Shown: piece by piece, positions 19,636 through 28,983 of the stretch
Layout of the letters: each line of letters starts with the position of its first letter
Position numbering within the stretch: position 1 is the stretch's first letter
Assembly (NCBI RefSeq): GCF_019247635.1
Contig: NZ_JAFBAR010000104.1
Span: 37,777 to 101,776, forward strand
Reading direction: 5' to 3'
DNA length: 64,000 nucleotides
From: Mycobacterium sp.
GTDB taxonomy: Bacteria; Actinomycetota; Actinomycetes; Mycobacteriales; Mycobacteriaceae
The notes under the pieces: generated by a model
The model's input: only the letters and a program-made list of their open reading frames with translations
Databases searched by the model: none
What the model was told of the DNA's origin: nothing
Position numbers and translations under genes: made by a program

Positions 19636-20238
19636 ATGACGGATACCGGCGGCGACCGCGCGGCTCCGGCGGCACTGAGGGTCTCCGACGCCGACCGCAA
19701 CGGGACCATGCGGCGACTGCACAACGCCGTCGCGCTGGGACTGATCGACATCGACGAGTTCGAGCAGCGCTCGTCGCGGGTTTCCTACGCGCGCACCCGA
19801 ATCGAGCTCGACGGTCTGGTCGGCGACCTGCCGGGCCCGGGCGCGATCGTCACGTCCGCAACCGATCGCGTCGAGTTGCGCGGCTGGGCCGGCTCGCTGA
19901 AGCGGCACGGCGAATGGACGGTCCCCACGCGTCTTGCGTTGGTGCGACGGCTGGGGTCGATCGACCTGGACCTGACGAAGGCCCGGTTCGCCGGACCGGT
20001 GGTGGTCATTGAGCTCGACATGAAGTTCGGCTCACTGGACCTCCGACTCCCCGACGGCGCCAGCGCCTCGCTCGACGACGTCGAGGTCTACGTGGGCAGC
20101 GCCAGCGATCGCCGCAAAGATCCGCCGGCGGATGGCCGGCCGCACGTGGTGTTGACGGGCCAGGTGACCTGCGGCTCCGTGGTCATCCGCGGACCGCACC
20201 GGGCATTTCGACGTCGGCTGGGCAGATTCGCCGGTTGA
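19636..20238 (+). CDS. DUF1707-domain protein
   Basis: The N-terminal LRVSDADRNGTMRRLHNAVALGLIDIDEFEQR is the pattern I associate with DUF1707. Function is unknown. Confidence 0.6.
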   Translation: MTDTGGDRAAPAALRVSDADRNGTMRRLHNAVALGLIDIDEFEQRSSRVSYARTRIELDGLVGDLPGPGAIVTSATDRVELRGWAGSLKRHGEWTVPTRLALVRRLGSIDLDLTKARFAGPVVVIELDMKFGSLDLRLPDGASASLDDVEVYVGSASDRRKDPPADGRPHVVLTGQVTCGSVVIRGPHRAFRRRLGRFAG

Positions 20239-20341
20239 CTCTGCGCCCAGGGTGCAAAAGTGCGAGAAGACCCCGCCCTCAGCGCAGAACCAACGCCTCG
20301 ACGGCGCGTCGCCCGCACGGCCACACCCGTAAGCTGACGGG

Positions 20342-21199
20342 ATGCCTGTTCGTACCGCGCTTTCTCCCGGCGTGCTGTCTTCGACGCTGCCGGTGCCCAG
20401 CCTCATCCCGCGTCCGGAATACGTCGGGAAGTCAACGGCGCAGGAGGGCACCGAGCCGTGGGTGCAGACGCCCGAGGTGATTGAGAAGATGCGCGTCGCC
20501 GGCCGAATCGCCGCGGGCGCGCTAGCCGAGGCGGGCAAGGCCGTCGCACCCGGCGTCACCACCGACGAACTCGACCGGATCGCGCACCACTACATGGTCG
20601 ACCATGGCGCCTACCCGTCGACCCTGGGCTACAAGGGTTACCCGAAGTCGTGCTGCACGTCGCTCAACGAGGTCATCTGCCACGGCATACCGGACTCGAC
20701 GGTGATCGCCGACGGCGACATCGTCAACATCGACGTCACCGCCTACATCGACGGGGTGCACGGCGACACCAATGCGACGTATCTGGCCGGCGATGTCTCC
20801 GAGGAGCACCGGCTGCTCGTCGAGCGGACCCGTGAGGCGACGATGCGGGCAATCAACGCCGTCAAACCGGGCCGCGCCCTGTCGGTTATTGGCCGCGTCA
20901 TCGAATCGTATGCAAACCGGTTCGGATACAACGTGGTTCGCGACTTTACCGGCCACGGCATCGGCACCACGTTCCACAACGGCCTGGTTGTGCTGCACTA
21001 CGACCAGCCGTCCGTGGCGACCGTCCTGCAGCCGGGAATGACGTTCACCATCGAACCGATGATCAACCTCGGTTCGCTGGACTACGAGATCTGGGACGAC
21101 GGCTGGACCGTGGTCACCAGAGACCGCAAGTGGACCGCGCAGTTCGAGCACACGCTGCTGGTCACCGATTCCGGCGTCGAGATCCTGACATTGCCGTGA
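20342..21199 (+). CDS. map: Type I methionine aminopeptidase
   Basis: The metal-ligand context CHGIPD, NIDVT, GHGIG, TIEPM and QFEHT is present. The proline-rich N-terminal extension is typical of the actinobacterial MapB type. Confidence 0.95.
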   Translation: MPVRTALSPGVLSSTLPVPSLIPRPEYVGKSTAQEGTEPWVQTPEVIEKMRVAGRIAAGALAEAGKAVAPGVTTDELDRIAHHYMVDHGAYPSTLGYKGYPKSCCTSLNEVICHGIPDSTVIADGDIVNIDVTAYIDGVHGDTNATYLAGDVSEEHRLLVERTREATMRAINAVKPGRALSVIGRVIESYANRFGYNVVRDFTGHGIGTTFHNGLVVLHYDQPSVATVLQPGMTFTIEPMINLGSLDYEIWDDGWTVVTRDRKWTAQFEHTLLVTDSGVEILTLP

Positions 21200-21200
21200 C

Positions 21201-21272
21201 GCCCCCGGCGCGAGCTGCCGCGAGGTCCCCGGCGCGAGCTGCCGTGAGGCCCCCGGCCGCGAGGTCCCCGGC
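21201..21272. repeat. Tandem 24-bp repeat (about 3 units, one truncated) leading into palindromic element copy 2
   Basis: Units are GCCCCCGGCGCGAGCTGCCGCGAG (21201-21224), GTCCCCGGCGCGAGCTGCCGTGAG (21225-21248), truncated GCCCCCGGCCGCGAG (21249-21263), and then GTCCCCGGCGCGAGC running into the element. CCCCGGCGCGAGC occurs three times. Confidence 0.85.
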
Positions 21273-21332
21273 GCGAGCAGACGCAAAAGCACCATTTTCG
21301 GCCCGAAAATGGGGGCTTTTGCGTCTGCTCGC
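21273..21332. repeat. Palindromic hairpin element, copy 2 (60 bp), in the map-cobQ intergenic region
   Basis: GCGAGCAGACGCAAAAGCACC ATTTTCGG C CCGAAAAT GGGGGCTTTTGCGTCTGCTCGC. The arms and the centre are both self-complementary. Confidence 0.9.
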
Positions 21333-21341
21333 CGTAGCAGG

Positions 21342-22853
21342 GTGAGCGGCGCGCTGCTGGTCGCGGGCACCAGCTCAGACGCGGGGAAGTCCGTGGTGGT
21401 GGCCGGGCTGTGCCGGTTGCTGGCATGCCGCGGTGTGCGGGTCGCACCGTTTAAGGCGCAGAACATGTCCAACAATTCGATGGTCACCGTCGAGGGCGGG
21501 GAGATCGGGCGAGCGCAGGCGATCCAGGCCCGGGCGGCGGGCCTGGAACCCAGCGTGCGGTTCAACCCCGTCCTGCTCAAACCGGGCAGTGACCGGACCT
21601 CGCAGCTGGTGATCCGTGGGCACGTCGCCGAATCGGTCACCGCGGCCGGCTACCACCAGCATCGGGATCGGCTCGCGGGCATCGTCAACACCGAATTGTC
21701 TTGTCTGCGTAAGGAATTCGATGCGGTGATCTGCGAGGGCGCTGGTTCGCCGGCCGAGATCAACTTGCGGGCGACGGATCTGGCCAACATGGGACTGGCC
21801 AGGGCGGGCAACCTGCCGGTAGTCCTGGTCGGCGACATCGACCGCGGCGGCCTGCTGGCTCACCTGTTCGGGACGGTCGCGGTGCTCGAACCCGACGACC
21901 AAGCGTTGATCGCGGGCTTCATCGTGAACAAATTCCGCGGCGACCCCACCCTGCTGCAACCGGGCCTAAAGCAACTGCAAGCCATGACCGGTCGACCGAC
22001 GTACGGCGTGCTGCCCTACTCCGACCAGCTCTGGCTGGACGCCGAGGACTCGCTGTCGGTGATCGCGCACCGCGTCGTCGGAACGCCGGCGCCACCGCGC
22101 GGCGACCAGTGGTTGCGCGTGGCCGCGGTCCGGCTGCCCCGGATCTCCAACTCCACCGATGTCGAGGCGCTGGCCTGCGAACCGGGTGTGCTGGTGCGCT
22201 GGATCACCGAAGCCGCCGATCTGGCCGACACCGACCTGATCGTGATCCCGGGCAGCAAGTCTACCGTCGCCGACCTGACCTGGCTTCGCGAGCGTGGGCT
22301 GGCGGATGGGATCGTCGAGCACGCGCGGGCGGGCAAGCCGGTCCTGGGTCTGTGCGGGGGGTTCCAGATGCTCTGCGAACGCATCGAGGACGCCGTCGAG
22401 TCCGGGGCCGGGACGGTCGAGGGGCTGGGGCTGTTCGACGCCGATGTCGTGTTCGCCGCGGACAAGGTGTTGCGCCGCTGGCAGCTGCCGTTGAGCGGGT
22501 ACGAAATCCATCACGGCCGCCTGGCGCGCAGCGCCGATGCGGCGTGGTTCGAGGTCGATTCTGAGGCCGGGCCGCAGGGAATAGTTCGCGGCCCGGTTTT
22601 CGGCACCCATTGGCACGGCCTGCTCGACAACGACGATTTCCGCCGCGCCTGGCTCGCCGAGGCGGCGAAGGCGGCCCACAGGACCGGATTCGTCGTCGCC
22701 GACGATGTGAGCGTGTCGGCGCGCCGCGACGCGCAACTGGATCTGATCGCCGATTTGCTAGCGGCCCATCTCGACATCGACGCGCTCAGCGGCCTGCTGA
22801 GCGGCGGACCGCCGCGGCGACCGTATGTCGTAAGCACTTTGCGCCAGGGTTGA
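21342..22853 (+). CDS. cobQ: Cobyric acid synthase
   Basis: [25 protein letters not shown] is a CobQ/CobB P-loop-like N-terminus. The C-terminal GATase domain has GLCGGFQML (nucleophile Cys) and GYEIHHG. I prefer the GTG at 21342, because the tracked ATG at 21309 lies inside the hairpin element. Confidence 0.88.
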   Translation: MSGALLVAGTSSDAGKSVVVAGLCRLLACRGVRVAPFKAQNMSNNSMVTVEGGEIGRAQAIQARAAGLEPSVRFNPVLLKPGSDRTSQLVIRGHVAESVTAAGYHQHRDRLAGIVNTELSCLRKEFDAVICEGAGSPAEINLRATDLANMGLARAGNLPVVLVGDIDRGGLLAHLFGTVAVLEPDDQALIAGFIVNKFRGDPTLLQPGLKQLQAMTGRPTYGVLPYSDQLWLDAEDSLSVIAHRVVGTPAPPRGDQWLRVAAVRLPRISNSTDVEALACEPGVLVRWITEAADLADTDLIVIPGSKSTVADLTWLRERGLADGIVEHARAGKPVLGLCGGFQMLCERIEDAVESGAGTVEGLGLFDADVVFAADKVLRRWQLPLSGYEIHHGRLARSADAAWFEVDSEAGPQGIVRGPVFGTHWHGLLDNDDFRRAWLAEAAKAAHRTGFVVADDVSVSARRDAQLDLIADLLAAHLDIDALSGLLSGGPPRRPYVVSTLRQG

Positions 22854-22935
22854 ACCGGCGCCGGCAAAACTGGCAGAGCCGTGAGAACGCACGAAAACCA
22901 TCCCCAAGCAGGACCATTGCCGGTAGCTTGCGAAA

Positions 22936-23496
22936 GTGCCCACGATGATGACCACGCTCGACGGGTTTCCGGTTCCAGTAGGCGTCAGCGGTCCGGAAAA
23001 GGGCGTCGTCGTGGTCATTCTCGGTGCCGAGCACCGCGCCCCCGCCGCCTACGACGCGGTGTGCGAACGTTTGCATACCGCCGCGCTCCGGACCGTCGTT
23101 ATCGCCCCCGAGCCGCGGCTGACGCCCAAGTCGGTGATCGGCATCCTCGACGTCCTGGGAATCGGCTGGGCGGTCGTTGTCGGCGACCGCGCCGGCGGCG
23201 AACTCGCCTGGCAGCTCGCCGCGACCAGGGTGGGCAGGTTCGTCGGATTGGTGGTGATCGACCGCGGACACCCCCGCGCGCCCGACGCCAACGGTGTGAT
23301 CGGCGACAGCGAATGCCCGCCGGTGGAGGTCGGCACCACCGTCTTGACCAGCTCGGCCGCCGCACGGGCGGTGGCCCGCGAAAGCCAGCGGTTCGTGTAC
23401 GCCGACTACCGCGTCGTCGAGCTCGGGCGACGCAACGCGCAGGAATCCACCGCCCAGCTGGCCGCCGAGATCGTGTTGCGCACCAGTACCTGGTAG
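22936..23496 (+). CDS. Hypothetical protein, alpha/beta-hydrolase-like but apparently lacking the nucleophile
   Basis: VVVGDRAGGELAWQLAA aligns to the GxSxG nucleophile elbow, with Arg in place of Ser. Strands precede it (VVVVILGAEH). The assignment is weak. Confidence 0.4.
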   Translation: MPTMMTTLDGFPVPVGVSGPEKGVVVVILGAEHRAPAAYDAVCERLHTAALRTVVIAPEPRLTPKSVIGILDVLGIGWAVVVGDRAGGELAWQLAATRVGRFVGLVVIDRGHPRAPDANGVIGDSECPPVEVGTTVLTSSAAARAVARESQRFVYADYRVVELGRRNAQESTAQLAAEIVLRTSTW

Positions 23497-23516
23497 ACCC
23501 TGGTTGACTAACGGTC

Positions 23517-24911
23517 ATGGGCCACGAGAAAAGCGCCGTGACCGGTCCGGGTTCCCCGACGTTGTCAACGACCGAGCTGGAACAACTGGTCGGCGTTGGT
23601 GAAGTCGACACCGTCATCGTCGCGTTCACCGACATGCAGGGCCGGCTGGTCGGCAAACGAGTGGATGGCCGCCTGTTCGTCGACGAAGTCGCCGCGCACG
23701 GCGCCGAATGCTGCAGCTACCTGCTGGCCGTCGATGTCGACATGAACACCGTGTCCGGCTACGCGATGTCGAGCTGGGACACCGGGTACGGCGACATGGT
23801 GATGGTGCCCGACCTCGACACGCTGCGGCTGATTCCCTGGCTGCCGGCCACGGCGCTGGTGTTGGCCGACCTGAACTGGGCCGACGGCAGCGCGGTCCCC
23901 GTCTCGCCGCGCGCCGTCCTGCGCCGCCAGCTGGATCGGCTCGGCGCGCGGGGACTGGCCGCCTGCGTCGCCACCGAGCTGGAGTTCATCGTGTTCGACC
24001 AGTCCTACCGGCAGGCGTGGGCCGACGGCTACCGCGGGCTGACCCCCGCCAGCGACTACAACATCGACTACGCGATCCTGGCGTCGTCGCGAATGGAACC
24101 GCTGCTGCGCGACATCCGCAGGGGTATGCAGGGCGCGGGTCTGCGGTTCGAAGCCGTCAAGGGCGAATGCAACAGGGGCCAGCAGGAACTCGGGTTCCGG
24201 TACGGCGATGCGCTGGTCACCTGCGACAACCACGCGATCTACAAGAACGGCGCCAAGGAGATCGCCGACCAACACGGCAAGAGCCTGACATTCATGGCGA
24301 AATACGATGAGCGCGAGGGCAACAGCTGTCATATCCACCTCTCGCTGCGCGGTGAGGACGGACGACCGGTGTTCGCCGACAGCGGTGGCGCACACGGCAT
24401 GTCGGAGTCATTCGCCGGCTTCGTCGCCGGCGTGTTGGTCACATTGCGCGAGTTGACATTGTTCTACGCGCCGAACATCAACTCCTACAAGAGATTTGCC
24501 GACGGCAGCTTCGCGCCCACGGCCTTGGCATGGGGGCTCGACAACCGCACGTGTGCACTCCGGGTGGTGGGGCACGGGCCCGGCATGCGCGTCGAGTGCC
24601 GGGTTCCCGGCGGCGATGTCAACCAATACCTCGCCGTCGCTGCGCTGATCGCCGGCGGCCTATACGGTATCGAGCAAGGCCTGCGGCCGCCGGACCCCCA
24701 CGCCGGCAACGCCTATGAGGCCACGGATGTCGAGCGGTTGCCAACGACGCTGACCGAGGCCGCCGCGGCGTTCGGGGCGTCGAAGCTCGCGCGTGAGGCG
24801 TTCGGTGACCAGGTGGTCGCGCACTACCTGAACAACGCCCGCGTGGAGCTGGCGGCCTACAACGCCGCGGTCACCGACTGGGAAAGGATGCGGGGTTTTG
24901 AACGCCTCTGA
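23517..24911 (+). CDS. glnA4: Glutamine synthetase-family gamma-glutamyl-amine ligase (GlnA4-like)
   Basis: The GS catalytic-domain blocks FMAKY...EGNSCHIHLSL, NSYKR and ALRV are present. The position upstream of an amidotransferase and aldC matches remembered Rv2860c. Confidence 0.85.
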   Translation: MGHEKSAVTGPGSPTLSTTELEQLVGVGEVDTVIVAFTDMQGRLVGKRVDGRLFVDEVAAHGAECCSYLLAVDVDMNTVSGYAMSSWDTGYGDMVMVPDLDTLRLIPWLPATALVLADLNWADGSAVPVSPRAVLRRQLDRLGARGLAACVATELEFIVFDQSYRQAWADGYRGLTPASDYNIDYAILASSRMEPLLRDIRRGMQGAGLRFEAVKGECNRGQQELGFRYGDALVTCDNHAIYKNGAKEIADQHGKSLTFMAKYDEREGNSCHIHLSLRGEDGRPVFADSGGAHGMSESFAGFVAGVLVTLRELTLFYAPNINSYKRFADGSFAPTALAWGLDNRTCALRVVGHGPGMRVECRVPGGDVNQYLAVAALIAGGLYGIEQGLRPPDPHAGNAYEATDVERLPTTLTEAAAAFGASKLAREAFGDQVVAHYLNNARVELAAYNAAVTDWERMRGFERL

Positions 24912-25644
24912 GCCAATCCTGAGCAAGCCGGTCGTCGGCCTGACCACCTACCTGGACCGCGCGCAGACCGGTATCTGGGACGTCTCGGCGAGCTTTCTGC
25001 CCGCCCAGTATTTTCACGGTGTCACCATGGCCGGCGGGATCGCGGTCCTACTCCCCCCGCAACCGGTGGATCCCGCGATGGCCGAGCGGGTGCTCGACAG
25101 CCTGGACGGCTTGGTGCTCACCGGCGGCAAAGATGTCGACCCCGTCGTCTATGGCCAGCCGGCGCATCCGGAGACCGACTCGCCGGGCGCCGCGCGCGAC
25201 GCGTGGGAGTTGACGCTGTTGAATGGTGCGCTGCAGCGCGGTCTACCCGTGCTGGGCATCTGCCGCGGCGCGCAGGTGCTCAACGTCGCCTTCGGCGGGA
25301 CGCTGCATCAACATCTGCCGGATGTGTTGGGCCACAACGGGCATCGGGCCGGCAACGCGGTGTTCACCGCGCTGCCGGTGCGCACGGTGGCCGGCACTCG
25401 GCTGGCCCAGCTGATCGGGGAGTCCACCGAGGTGCGCTGCTACCACCATCAGGCGGTCGCCGAAGTGGGCACGGGCCTGGTGGTGAGTGCCTGGGATGCC
25501 GACGGAGTGGTGGAGGCGCTGGAGTTGCCCGGGGAAAGCTTTGTGCTCGCCGTGCAATGGCACCCGGAGGAGACGCTGGACGACCTGCGGTTGTTCGCGG
25601 CCGTGGTGGACGCCGCGCGGTCGTACGCGGGCAAGGCGAAATGA
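24898..25644 (+). CDS. Class-I glutamine amidotransferase / gamma-glutamyl-GABA hydrolase-like peptidase C26 (PuuD-like)
   Basis: LGICRGAQVLNVAFGGTL carries the nucleophile Cys, and VQWHPE carries the catalytic His and Glu. The gene overlaps the end of glnA4. Confidence 0.85.
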   Translation: MNASEPILSKPVVGLTTYLDRAQTGIWDVSASFLPAQYFHGVTMAGGIAVLLPPQPVDPAMAERVLDSLDGLVLTGGKDVDPVVYGQPAHPETDSPGAARDAWELTLLNGALQRGLPVLGICRGAQVLNVAFGGTLHQHLPDVLGHNGHRAGNAVFTALPVRTVAGTRLAQLIGESTEVRCYHHQAVAEVGTGLVVSAWDADGVVEALELPGESFVLAVQWHPEETLDDLRLFAAVVDAARSYAGKAK

Positions 25645-27005
25645 CCGCGGTCGAGTTGATCAATCCGGCGACCGAGGAAGTCCTGGGGTCGGTCGAGCAC
25701 GCCGATGCCGCGGCCGTCGACGACGCGGTACAGCGGGGGCGGGATGCCCAGCGGCGGTGGGCGCGTTCGTCGCCGGCGGAAAGGGCCGCCGGCCTAAGAG
25801 CTTTTGCGACGGTGGTCGAGGCGCACGTCGACGAACTGGCCGCACTCGAAGTGGCCAATTCGGGACATCCGATCGCTTCGGCGGAATGGGAGGCCGGCCA
25901 CGTCCGCGACGTGCTGCGGTTCTATGCGGCCAGCCCGGAACGATTGTCCGGCAAGCAGATTCCCGTCGCCGGCGGGCTCGACGTCACGTTCAACGAACCG
26001 ATGGGTGTGGTCGGGGTGATCACGCCGTGGAATTTCCCGATGATGATCGCGTCGTGGGGGATCGCTCCGGCATTGGCAGCCGGCAACGCCGTGCTGGTCA
26101 AGCCCGCCGAAGCGACTCCGTTGACCACGATCCGGCTCGGTGAGTTGGCGGTCGAGGCCGGACTGGACGAAGACCTGCTGCAGGTGCTGCCGGGCAAAGG
26201 CGCGGTGGTCGGGGAGCGCTTCGTGAGACACCCCGACGTGCGCAAGATCGTCTTCACGGGTTCCACCGAAGTCGGCAGGAACGTGATGGCCGCCGCGGCG
26301 GCTCAGGTCAAGCGGGTGACCCTGGAGCTGGGTGGCAAGAGTGCCAACATCGTCTTTGCCGACTGCGACCTGGAGCGCGCGGCGGCCAACGCACCGGCGG
26401 GGGTTTTCGACAACGCCGGGCAGGACTGCTGTGCGCGCAGCCGAATCCTGGTGCAGCGCAGCGTATACGACCGATTCATGGAGCTCCTCGAGCCGGCGGT
26501 CAAACGCATCGTCGTCGGCGACCCGGCGTCCCGCAGCACCGAGATGGGTCCGCTGGTATCGGCCGCGCATCGCGACAAGGTGGCCTCCTACGTGCCCGAC
26601 GACGCTCCGGTCGCGTTTCGCGGCACGGCGCCGTCCGGGCGTGGGTTCTGGTTTCCGCCAACGGTTCTGACGCCGGGGCGCACGGAGCGTACCGTCACGG
26701 ACGAGATCTTCGGACCGGTGGTCACCGTGTTGGCGTTCGAGGACGAGGACGACGCGATCGAGCTGGCCAACGACACCGCCTACGGGCTGTCCGGTTCGAT
26801 CTGGACCGACGACCTGTCCCGTGCGCTGCGCGTGTCGCGGGCGGTGGAAGCCGGCAATCTGTCGGTGAATTCGCATTCGTCGGTGCGGTTCAACACGCCG
26901 TTTGGTGGCTTCAAGCAATCCGGTCTGGGCCGCGAGCTCGGGCCGGACGCGCCGTTGCAGTTCACCGAGACTAAAAACGTGTTCATTGCCATCAAGGAGG
27001 ATTAG
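25641..27005 (+). CDS. aldC: NAD(P)-dependent aldehyde dehydrogenase (AldC-like)
   Basis: I chose ATG at 25641, which forms an ATGA overlap with the upstream stop. LELGGKSA and NAGQDCCA (catalytic Glu and Cys) and FGGFKQSGLGRE are present. The tracked 600-aa ORF is an over-extension. Confidence 0.9.
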   Translation: MTAVELINPATEEVLGSVEHADAAAVDDAVQRGRDAQRRWARSSPAERAAGLRAFATVVEAHVDELAALEVANSGHPIASAEWEAGHVRDVLRFYAASPERLSGKQIPVAGGLDVTFNEPMGVVGVITPWNFPMMIASWGIAPALAAGNAVLVKPAEATPLTTIRLGELAVEAGLDEDLLQVLPGKGAVVGERFVRHPDVRKIVFTGSTEVGRNVMAAAAAQVKRVTLELGGKSANIVFADCDLERAAANAPAGVFDNAGQDCCARSRILVQRSVYDRFMELLEPAVKRIVVGDPASRSTEMGPLVSAAHRDKVASYVPDDAPVAFRGTAPSGRGFWFPPTVLTPGRTERTVTDEIFGPVVTVLAFEDEDDAIELANDTAYGLSGSIWTDDLSRALRVSRAVEAGNLSVNSHSSVRFNTPFGGFKQSGLGRELGPDAPLQFTETKNVFIAIKED

Positions 27006-27778
27006 TGGACCTCACCCGACGGCTGGCCGGCCGGGTCGCGGTGGTCACCGGCGCCGGCGGCGGCATCGGCCTGGCCGCCGCCCGGCGGATGCACGCGGAG
27101 GGTGCGAGGATCGTGGTCGGCGACGTCGACACAACTGCCGGTGCGGCGGCCGCCGACGAGTTGTCCGGATTGTTTGTGCCAGTGGATGTTTCCGACGAGG
27201 ATGCGGTTAACGCGTTGTTCGACACCGCGGCCGATACCTGCGGCTCGGTCGATATCGCGTTCAACAACGCGGGCATCTCACCGCCGGAGGATGATCTGAT
27301 CGAGAACACCGGCGTGGCGGCGTGGCAGCGGGTGCAAGACGTCAACCTCACATCGGTGTACCTGTGTTGCCGGGCGGCGTTGCGGCACATGGTGCCCCGC
27401 GGCAGCGGCTCGATCATCAACACGGCGTCGTTCGTTGCGGTGCTGGGCTCGGCGACATCGCAGATCTCCTACACCGCCTCCAAAGGCGGGGTGCTGGCCA
27501 TGTCACGCGAGCTGGGTGTGCAGTTCGCCCGGCAGGGCATCCGGGTAAACGCGTTGTGCCCCGGCCCGGTCAACACCCCACTGCTGCAGGAGCTCTTCGC
27601 CAAGGACCCCGAGCGGGCCGCGCGTCGATTGGTGCACGTGCCGGTGGGCCGCTTCGCCGAGCCCGACGAAATCGCCGCCGCGGTGGCGTTTCTCGCCAGC
27701 GACGACGCGTCGTTCATCACCGCCTCGACGTTCCTGGTGGACGGCGGCATCAGCTCTGCTTACGTCACTCCCCTCTGA
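27005..27778 (+). CDS. Short-chain dehydrogenase/reductase (Rv2857c-like)
   Basis: VTGAGGGIG is a Rossmann TGxxxGxG motif. NNAG and YTASK (YxxxK) are present. Confidence 0.9.
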   Translation: MDLTRRLAGRVAVVTGAGGGIGLAAARRMHAEGARIVVGDVDTTAGAAAADELSGLFVPVDVSDEDAVNALFDTAADTCGSVDIAFNNAGISPPEDDLIENTGVAAWQRVQDVNLTSVYLCCRAALRHMVPRGSGSIINTASFVAVLGSATSQISYTASKGGVLAMSRELGVQFARQGIRVNALCPGPVNTPLLQELFAKDPERAARRLVHVPVGRFAEPDEIAAAVAFLASDDASFITASTFLVDGGISSAYVTPL

Positions 27779-27834
27779 GCGCATCGACGAGTTCGTTGAG
27801 GTCGGCCCGCCGGGGTGAGCGTCATTGAACACCG

Positions 27835-28983
27835 CTAACCGCGATTGAAGATAATCAGGGGAATCACCATTTCGGCGGCCGTGGTCGCACCGTGAAAACC
27901 TATGAGGCGAGCCGTTTCCGGGGGCTCGTGTCCGGTGGCCAGCACCGCTGCATCGCCGGTGCATACGACGACGACGTCGCCGATGCGGCGCAGATGTCTG
28001 GGGCTGACCGGGCCGAACATCCCGGTGGCCACGGCCTGTTCGCGGGTATAGACCTCGGCCCGCCCGTCCAGCACCTCGCTCCAGGTGGCGTGTACATCCG
28101 TCGCGGCGCCCGGCTCGACGTGCAGATAGCGCACCCGCGGTTCCCCGGCGATCACGCGCACCCCCGCGGCCAACCGGGGGTCCAGGTCGAGATCGAAACG
28201 TGCGTCTGGCGGAACGTTGAGGCCGCCGTGATCGGCGGTCACCAGCAGCGCTACAGCCGGGGGCAGGGTATCGACCAATCGGGTCAACAGCGCATCGACG
28301 CGGGTCGCCGCCTCATGCCAACGCTCCGAACCGATTCCCCACACGTGCGCGGCGATGTCCAGATCGGCGATATAGCCGTAGACCAGTCCCGGACTCGCGC
28401 GTAGCTCGTCGATCAACTGCTGGGGATAGTCGTCGCCGGGACGCGCCGGACAAAAGCGTGCGCCGCGATAGGCCGCGTCGGTGAGGCCGCTGCCGGCAAA
28501 CGATTCCGGCAGCACGGTGCGCACGCTGATTCCGGCCCACCCCATCCGCTCGAACCAGGTTGGCAGCGGCTGCCATTGGCGGTACGGCGGGTCGTCGCGC
28601 CACCGGATGTGATTGACCACCCGGTCGGTGCCGGGGATGTTGAGGGTGAAGCCCAAGATGCCGTGCTGGCCGGGCGGCGCGCCGGTCCCCAGCGACACCA
28701 GGCTGGTCGGCGTGGTGGACGGGAACGTGCAGACGAGCTGGCTCAGGCGCCCCGTGTCACCCGTCAAAACCGAGGCGAGCAGCGGTGCGTGACGCGTGAG
28801 CTCCGGTAGCAGGTGCCAACCCATCCCGTCGACGAGCACCACCGCGACGCGGTCAACGTCGCCGACCGAGTCCGCCACCGCCAGCCGGTCTGGCGCACCC
28901 GGGACACCAAGCAGCGCGGCCGCCGCGGGTAACACGTCGCAGATCGAAGCCGGCACATCATCAGTTTGGGGTCGGCGTGGCAC
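27835..28983 (-). CDS. Alkaline-phosphatase-superfamily (nucleotide pyrophosphatase/phosphodiesterase-like) protein; last gene of the hydrogenase block
   Basis: VVLVDGMGW, FPSTTPTSL (nucleophile Thr region), TADHGG and GFHGA are AlkP/NPP-core motifs. The GTG start is uncertain, since it overlaps the upstream gene by 23 nt. Confidence 0.7.
   Translation of the reverse strand: MPRRPQTDDVPASICDVLPAAAALLGVPGAPDRLAVADSVGDVDRVAVVLVDGMGWHLLPELTRHAPLLASVLTGDTGRLSQLVCTFPSTTPTSLVSLGTGAPPGQHGILGFTLNIPGTDRVVNHIRWRDDPPYRQWQPLPTWFERMGWAGISVRTVLPESFAGSGLTDAAYRGARFCPARPGDDYPQQLIDELRASPGLVYGYIADLDIAAHVWGIGSERWHEAATRVDALLTRLVDTLPPAVALLVTADHGGLNVPPDARFDLDLDPRLAAGVRVIAGEPRVRYLHVEPGAATDVHATWSEVLDGRAEVYTREQAVATGMFGPVSPRHLRRIGDVVVVCTGDAAVLATGHEPPETARLIGFHGATTAAEMVIPLIIFNRG

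Noticed and set aside
17779-19908. 709-aa ORF on the minus strand
   Set aside because: It is antisense to the well-supported PBP gene and the DUF1707 gene. Its Arg/Gly/Pro-rich, low-complexity composition is typical of shadow ORFs in high-GC DNA, and it has no recognisable motifs.
21201-21332. Possible CRISPR array (short direct repeats plus a palindrome)
   Set aside because: There are only about 3 contiguous 24-bp units with no unique spacers between them, and no cas genes in the window. This is a tandem repeat adjoining a hairpin element.
25203-25640. N-terminal 146 codons of the tracked 600-aa aldehyde dehydrogenase ORF; similar 5' over-extensions occur at 3295, 3923, 14149, 17698, 45090-46469, 46833-48347, 31162-32322 and 32271-33317
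   Set aside because: The extensions overlap the preceding gene in another frame, are Arg/Ala-rich, and are absent from the expected protein lengths. Internal starts with ribosome-binding sites or 4-nt overlaps fit better.
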